From an uncultured Acidiphilium sp. (GTDB taxonomy: Bacteria > Bacillota > Clostridia > Christensenellales > Borkfalkiaceae), in assembly GCA_964629115.1 (NCBI GenBank), contig CAZVPW010000002.1:1-36953 (forward strand): a stretch of 36,953 nt of DNA, read 5' to 3'. This document shows positions 33,978 to 36,953 of this stretch, piece by piece. The stretch's first letter is position 1. Each line of letters starts with the position of its first letter. The notes beneath the pieces were generated by a model. It was given only the letters and a program-made list of their open reading frames with translations. It did no database searches and had not been told where the DNA came from. A program made the position numbers and the translations under genes.

Positions 33978-35338
33978 CGCTTCGCCCTCTCGACGAGCGG
34001 ATGTCTTTTCATCTCTTCGCTCAAAAGTTCGATCGTTTTTTCGCTCGAACTTACCGCCGCTGCGCACAAAACGGGATCGCTTAGATACTTTTTGTCAATT
34101 TGAAAGAGATTTCGCCAATCCTTTTTACACAAAACCGTTAAGTCGTCGTATGAGAAGGGAACGTCGTTCAACCCCTTGCAAAAGGGTTCGTCGGCGTTTT
34201 TCACGACGTAACTTTGCGCGCACGCCGAAATTATCGACGGGTCGTTCTTTAAGGCGGAATCGCCGAGTTTTTTCAGTATCTCCCCGTTGGTCGTCGAACA
34301 CAGCGACACGACCTCTTTGTCTTCGGCGTATTTCTCTACGTTTGCCTCGAGAAGTTCGTATGCTTTTTTCGACCCTCTGCGAAGTCCGCGAATAATTCTA
34401 TCCCTCTCGTCTCTCGTCGGAGCGGCGCTCGTTCGCGCGTAAGACATCAAGAATGGCAAAACCCTCGTCTTTCGACCTTGCGCGGCGACGGGCAATAATT
34501 CTTTTGCCGTCTGCGGCGGGGTCGCGAATTTGCGGCACACGAGTTCGACCGTCTGCTTGTCGTCCGTTTCAATCGCTCTGAGAAGTATTTCTCTCTTTTT
34601 TGGCAAATTTCCCGACGCGACTTCGAGAACGAGTCGCGCTTTTTCGTAATCTATAGAAACAAGATCTATCTTTTGCGAAGATAAATTTACGGTCATTCCC
34701 TTTTCGGCGATTCTTTCGAAAACCCCCGACGGAGAATCGTTCGAAAGGGAATTCGGAGCAATCGTCCCTCTATCGGTCAAAACGACCTTGGCAAATACCT
34801 TGTCGCTTTTGAAAGCGTCGTCCGCGAAACAATTCCAAACAGTTCTGTCTCGCGAGAGCGCGAGAAGACAAATCTCTTCGTCGGCTCGGATTCGCTCGGA
34901 AAAGAATTTTAAATTCTTAGGGTTCTTGTCCGCCGCGACTAGAGCAACCTCTTTGTCGTCCAAAAACTCTTCGGGAAGTCCCTCGAGCGCGCTTCCTCCG
35001 CTTTTCGCGACCGATATCGCGATGCTTTTATCGCGCGCGGCTTCTCCGATCAAAAAAGCGTAACCATAGGCAAACCTATCGACGGCGATGCGAGCGAGCA
35101 TCGGATTTGATCTCGCGCTTTCGGGCGCAAACCTTATCAATCTTCCGTCGAGATCGAAACATTGGCTCGCAACGATAAAATCCGCCTTTACCTCGTCGGA
35201 CGCGAATTGATACAACTCGGGTTTTTTCGCAAGCAAAGCGCGCGACGTCTCCAAGTCGCGTTGCATACTCTCGCTTCTCTTATACTCCTCGGCGAGGGAA
35301 TTTAATTTTTTTTGATTTAATTTATCTATTTCGATCAT
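33974..35338 (-). CDS. Helical repeat protein, DUF4116-like repeats
   Basis: 454 aa. Recurrent units of about 35-45 aa such as YQFASDEVKADFIVASQCF, LEGLPEEFLDDKEVALVAADKNPKNLKFFSERIRADEEICLLAL, CFADDAFKSDKVFAKVVL, LGDSALKNDPSIISACA, IDKKYLSDPVLCAAAV. GGAG RBS. The family call is by eye. Confidence 0.7.
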   Translation of the reverse strand: MIEIDKLNQKKLNSLAEEYKRSESMQRDLETSRALLAKKPELYQFASDEVKADFIVASQCFDLDGRLIRFAPESARSNPMLARIAVDRFAYGYAFLIGEAARDKSIAISVAKSGGSALEGLPEEFLDDKEVALVAADKNPKNLKFFSERIRADEEICLLALSRDRTVWNCFADDAFKSDKVFAKVVLTDRGTIAPNSLSNDSPSGVFERIAEKGMTVNLSSQKIDLVSIDYEKARLVLEVASGNLPKKREILLRAIETDDKQTVELVCRKFATPPQTAKELLPVAAQGRKTRVLPFLMSYARTSAAPTRDERDRIIRGLRRGSKKAYELLEANVEKYAEDKEVVSLCSTTNGEILKKLGDSALKNDPSIISACAQSYVVKNADEPFCKGLNDVPFSYDDLTVLCKKDWRNLFQIDKKYLSDPVLCAAAVSSSEKTIELLSEEMKRHPLVERAKR

Positions 35339-35379
35339 AACAACTCCGCCGTAAAAACCCGATTAAAACCTATTATATT

Positions 35380-35408
35380 ATTATAGCACGTTTTTCGCCG
35401 CTTGTAAA
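35380..35408 (-). promoter_or_regulatory. Strong sigma-70-type promoter (extended -10) heading the long minus-strand string
   Basis: Minus strand reads TTTACA (35408-35403), 17-nt spacer, TGcTATAAT (-10 at 35385-35380). An A-tract sits 14-21 nt upstream of the -35 (UP-element-like). The predicted 5' UTR of about 35 nt contains the GGAG RBS. Confidence 0.65.
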
Positions 35409-35510
35409 TGCCGTAAACGCGCTTTTTTTGCTCGTCGGCGCAAAAAAAGCGTTTTTGCGCGCGATATATTCTCGTTTTTGACGAACGATCTCCTTTTCTC
35501 TCCGTTTACG

Positions 35511-35546
35511 ACAAAACAAAAGCGTCGAGCCTTACGGCGCAACGCT
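35511..35546 (-). terminator. Rho-independent terminator of the LytTR regulator gene
   Basis: Minus strand: stem agcgttgcgcc / ggctcgacgct (one G-U pair, one mismatch), GTAA loop, then tttgttttg. Lies 18 nt after the stop codon. Confidence 0.6.
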
Positions 35547-35563
35547 TTGAAAAAATACGTATA

Positions 35564-36358
35564 TTAAAGATTTGTCAATCTTGAAATAAATATCGACAAC
35601 GCCTTTTCGGTGTCAGTCGGTTGTCTAAACGACTTAATCTTGGAAATATCGAATAAAATACAACCGCAATGACCTTTAAAAGTCGGAAAGCAGATTATAT
35701 CGAGGTAGGCGTCTATCTCCGGACTGTAATCTATAATCTTCAATGTTTCTCCGAACAAAGCGGCTCGCTCGTAGGAGCCGAGCCATTTCGCGTCCATATT
35801 CGGGAATATACTGCTGAAAGAAGAGCCTATTATCTTTTTTAACGGGGTCTTTTCAAGTTCCGCCAAAGCCTCGTTGCCGTAACGGAAAATCCAATCGACC
35901 GCCTTGAACTCGTCGTCGAAAACCATTTCAATATCGGCGAAAGCAAAGGGCATAGAATCGAAAACCTTATAATATTCGCCGTAATCGTTATTCTCAACGG
36001 GAGAAACTTCCTCGTTAAAGCCGCGAATGATCCTCTGTTGTTTTTCGTGAAATTCGCGGATAATTTCCTTGCGTTTGCGACGAGCGTAATCTAATTTTTC
36101 GCCGTTGCTCAAAACGACCCAATCGGTTATGTCGTGAATGGCGATAACCGAAACCAAGCAACCGCGCTTTACCTTGATAAAATCGTCGCCCAAAAGAGGT
36201 TCCAACTCGGCGAGAGTCATTCTCGTTTGATAGACGTTGTCGGGCAACGTTCGAGCGAACGCGTTATTTCCGTCCATCTTGACGTAAAGAATAGATCTTA
36301 TGGGTATTTCAACTTCTTTTTTATCGCTTACGATAGTTAATACGTCTTTCTTCTGCAT
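35564..36358 (-). CDS. LytTR DNA-binding domain protein with a C-terminal PAS-like domain (one-component regulator, no receiver domain)
   Basis: 264 aa. N-terminal IPIRSILYVKMDGNNAFARTL...YQTRMTLAELEPLLGDDFIKVKRGCLVSV (LytTR pattern). The C-terminal 140 or so residues, FDSMPFAFADIEMVFDDEFKAVDWIFRYGNEALAELE...LDIICFPTFKGHCGCILFDIS, look PAS-like. Confidence 0.8.
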   Translation of the reverse strand: MQKKDVLTIVSDKKEVEIPIRSILYVKMDGNNAFARTLPDNVYQTRMTLAELEPLLGDDFIKVKRGCLVSVIAIHDITDWVVLSNGEKLDYARRKRKEIIREFHEKQQRIIRGFNEEVSPVENNDYGEYYKVFDSMPFAFADIEMVFDDEFKAVDWIFRYGNEALAELEKTPLKKIIGSSFSSIFPNMDAKWLGSYERAALFGETLKIIDYSPEIDAYLDIICFPTFKGHCGCILFDISKIKSFRQPTDTEKALSIFISRLTNL

Positions 36359-36397
36359 TTTACCTCCGAGCCTCGTTCCGTAAAAACTTACCGTTTA

Positions 36398-36426
36398 AGT
36401 ATAGCGCGCCTCTCGCTATTTTTCAA
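36398..36426 (-). promoter_or_regulatory. Promoter of the LytTR regulator gene
   Basis: Minus strand reads TTGAAA (36426-36421), 17-nt spacer, TATACT (36403-36398). A GGAGG RBS follows about 30 nt downstream. Confidence 0.55.
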
Positions 36427-36475
36427 ACAGTTTTAAGAAAAATGTTCATTTTTTTCGACGTTTCCTAAGTTTTTT

Positions 36476-36507
36476 AAAAAAAGACGCCGCTTTAAAAAGC
36501 GACGTCT
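36476..36507 (-). terminator. Rho-independent terminator of the HU gene
   Basis: Stem agacgccgc / gcgacgtct (one mismatch) with an 8-nt loop. The minus strand is followed by ttttttt. A T-run also follows on the plus strand. Confidence 0.65.
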
Positions 36508-36514
36508 TTTTTGA

Positions 36515-36790
36515 TTACTTGTTAAATTCTTCTTTAAACGTTTTGCTGAATTTTACGGCGGGGGCTTTGCAAGCCTTTATCATAACTTTCTCGCCCGTCG
36601 ACGGATTAACTCCCTCTCGAGCCGCTTTGTCCTTAACTTCAAAAGTCGCGAAACCCGAAATATGAACGTAATCCCCTCTCTTAAGAGCGTTTGTCAACGC
36701 CGCCAAAAACGCGTTAAAGTTCGCGTCGGCTTCTTTGATCGTGACGCCGAGTTGGTCGGCGTACTCTCTGATAAATTCGCTTTTGTTCAT
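36515..36790 (-). CDS. hup: HU-family nucleoid-associated DNA-binding protein
   Basis: The ATG at 36790 (GGAGGA RBS at 36795-36800) gives MNKSEFIREYADQLGV...GFATFEVKDKAAREGVNPSTGEKVMIKACKAPAVKFSK, the HU/IHF fold pattern. The track start at 36826 adds 12 Lys-rich codons that cover the RBS. Confidence 0.9.
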   Translation of the reverse strand: MNKSEFIREYADQLGVTIKEADANFNAFLAALTNALKRGDYVHISGFATFEVKDKAAREGVNPSTGEKVMIKACKAPAVKFSKTFKEEFNK

Positions 36791-36953
36791 TTTTTCCTCC
36801 AAATATTTTTTCTTTTTTTGATCCAAATTTAAGCGAAGCGGCGCAACTCTTAACAGTTTTCCGCTCCGTATAGCGTTATTATACCGTCTAACGACGATGA
36901 GATACCGCGTCCGCGTAATTGCAAAATCGCTTACGTTTATATGTATTATATCA

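Noticed and set aside
33978-34067. 30-codon N-terminal extension of the vWA gene, overlapping the upstream gene by 94 nt
   Set aside because: The internal ATG at 33977 forms the ATGA coupling seen repeatedly in this genome. The extension is Arg/Glu-rich out-of-frame sequence from the upstream gene.
36878-36953. HU gene promoter: TATAAT at 36883-36878 (minus strand) or TGaTATAAT at the window edge
   Set aside because: Neither has a readable -35. For the second, the -35 would lie outside the window. This is too uncertain to list as a feature.

Overview
Tightly packed chromosomal window that starts 20 nt upstream of dnaA. The host looks Gram-positive in type: GGAGG Shine-Dalgarno sites, TGnTAtAAT promoters, and HU, LytTR, VanZ and MacB-type genes. 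An uncultured Bacillota/Clostridia lineage is my inference only. GC looks moderate by eye, but codon usage is visibly CpG-rich (TCG, ACG, GCG, CGA). I call 30 CDS. On the + strand: dnaA-mnmG plus a small Lys-rich ORF; a heterodimeric ABC exporter; a MarR / MacB-like ABC / nitroreductase operon; a phage-like regulator; and an orphan terminase large subunit. On the - strand: a secreted repeat protein plus VanZ; an SH3-like anchored protein; XRE-TM / radC / malQ / SbcD-like nuclease; and a roughly 13 kb co-directional string. That string runs DUF4116-like repeat protein, vWA protein, MoxR-type AAA+ ATPase, a second heterodimeric ABC exporter, then aroB-aroA-aroC-chorismate mutase-aroE/K-aroQ. A LytTR-PAS regulator and HU follow. 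I saw no rRNA, tRNA, CRISPR array, integrase, transposase or IS. Most of the window is ordinary housekeeping. Three parts deserve a second look. (1) The promoter-led DUF4116-like / vWA (HExxH-like site reads HCLLH) / MoxR AAA+ trio. (2) An apparently intact terL with no other phage structural genes. (3) Two promoters 21.7 kb apart that share a bipartite motif architecture, one of them in front of the LytTR regulator gene. All family calls come from motif recognition by eye and were not confirmed by any search.
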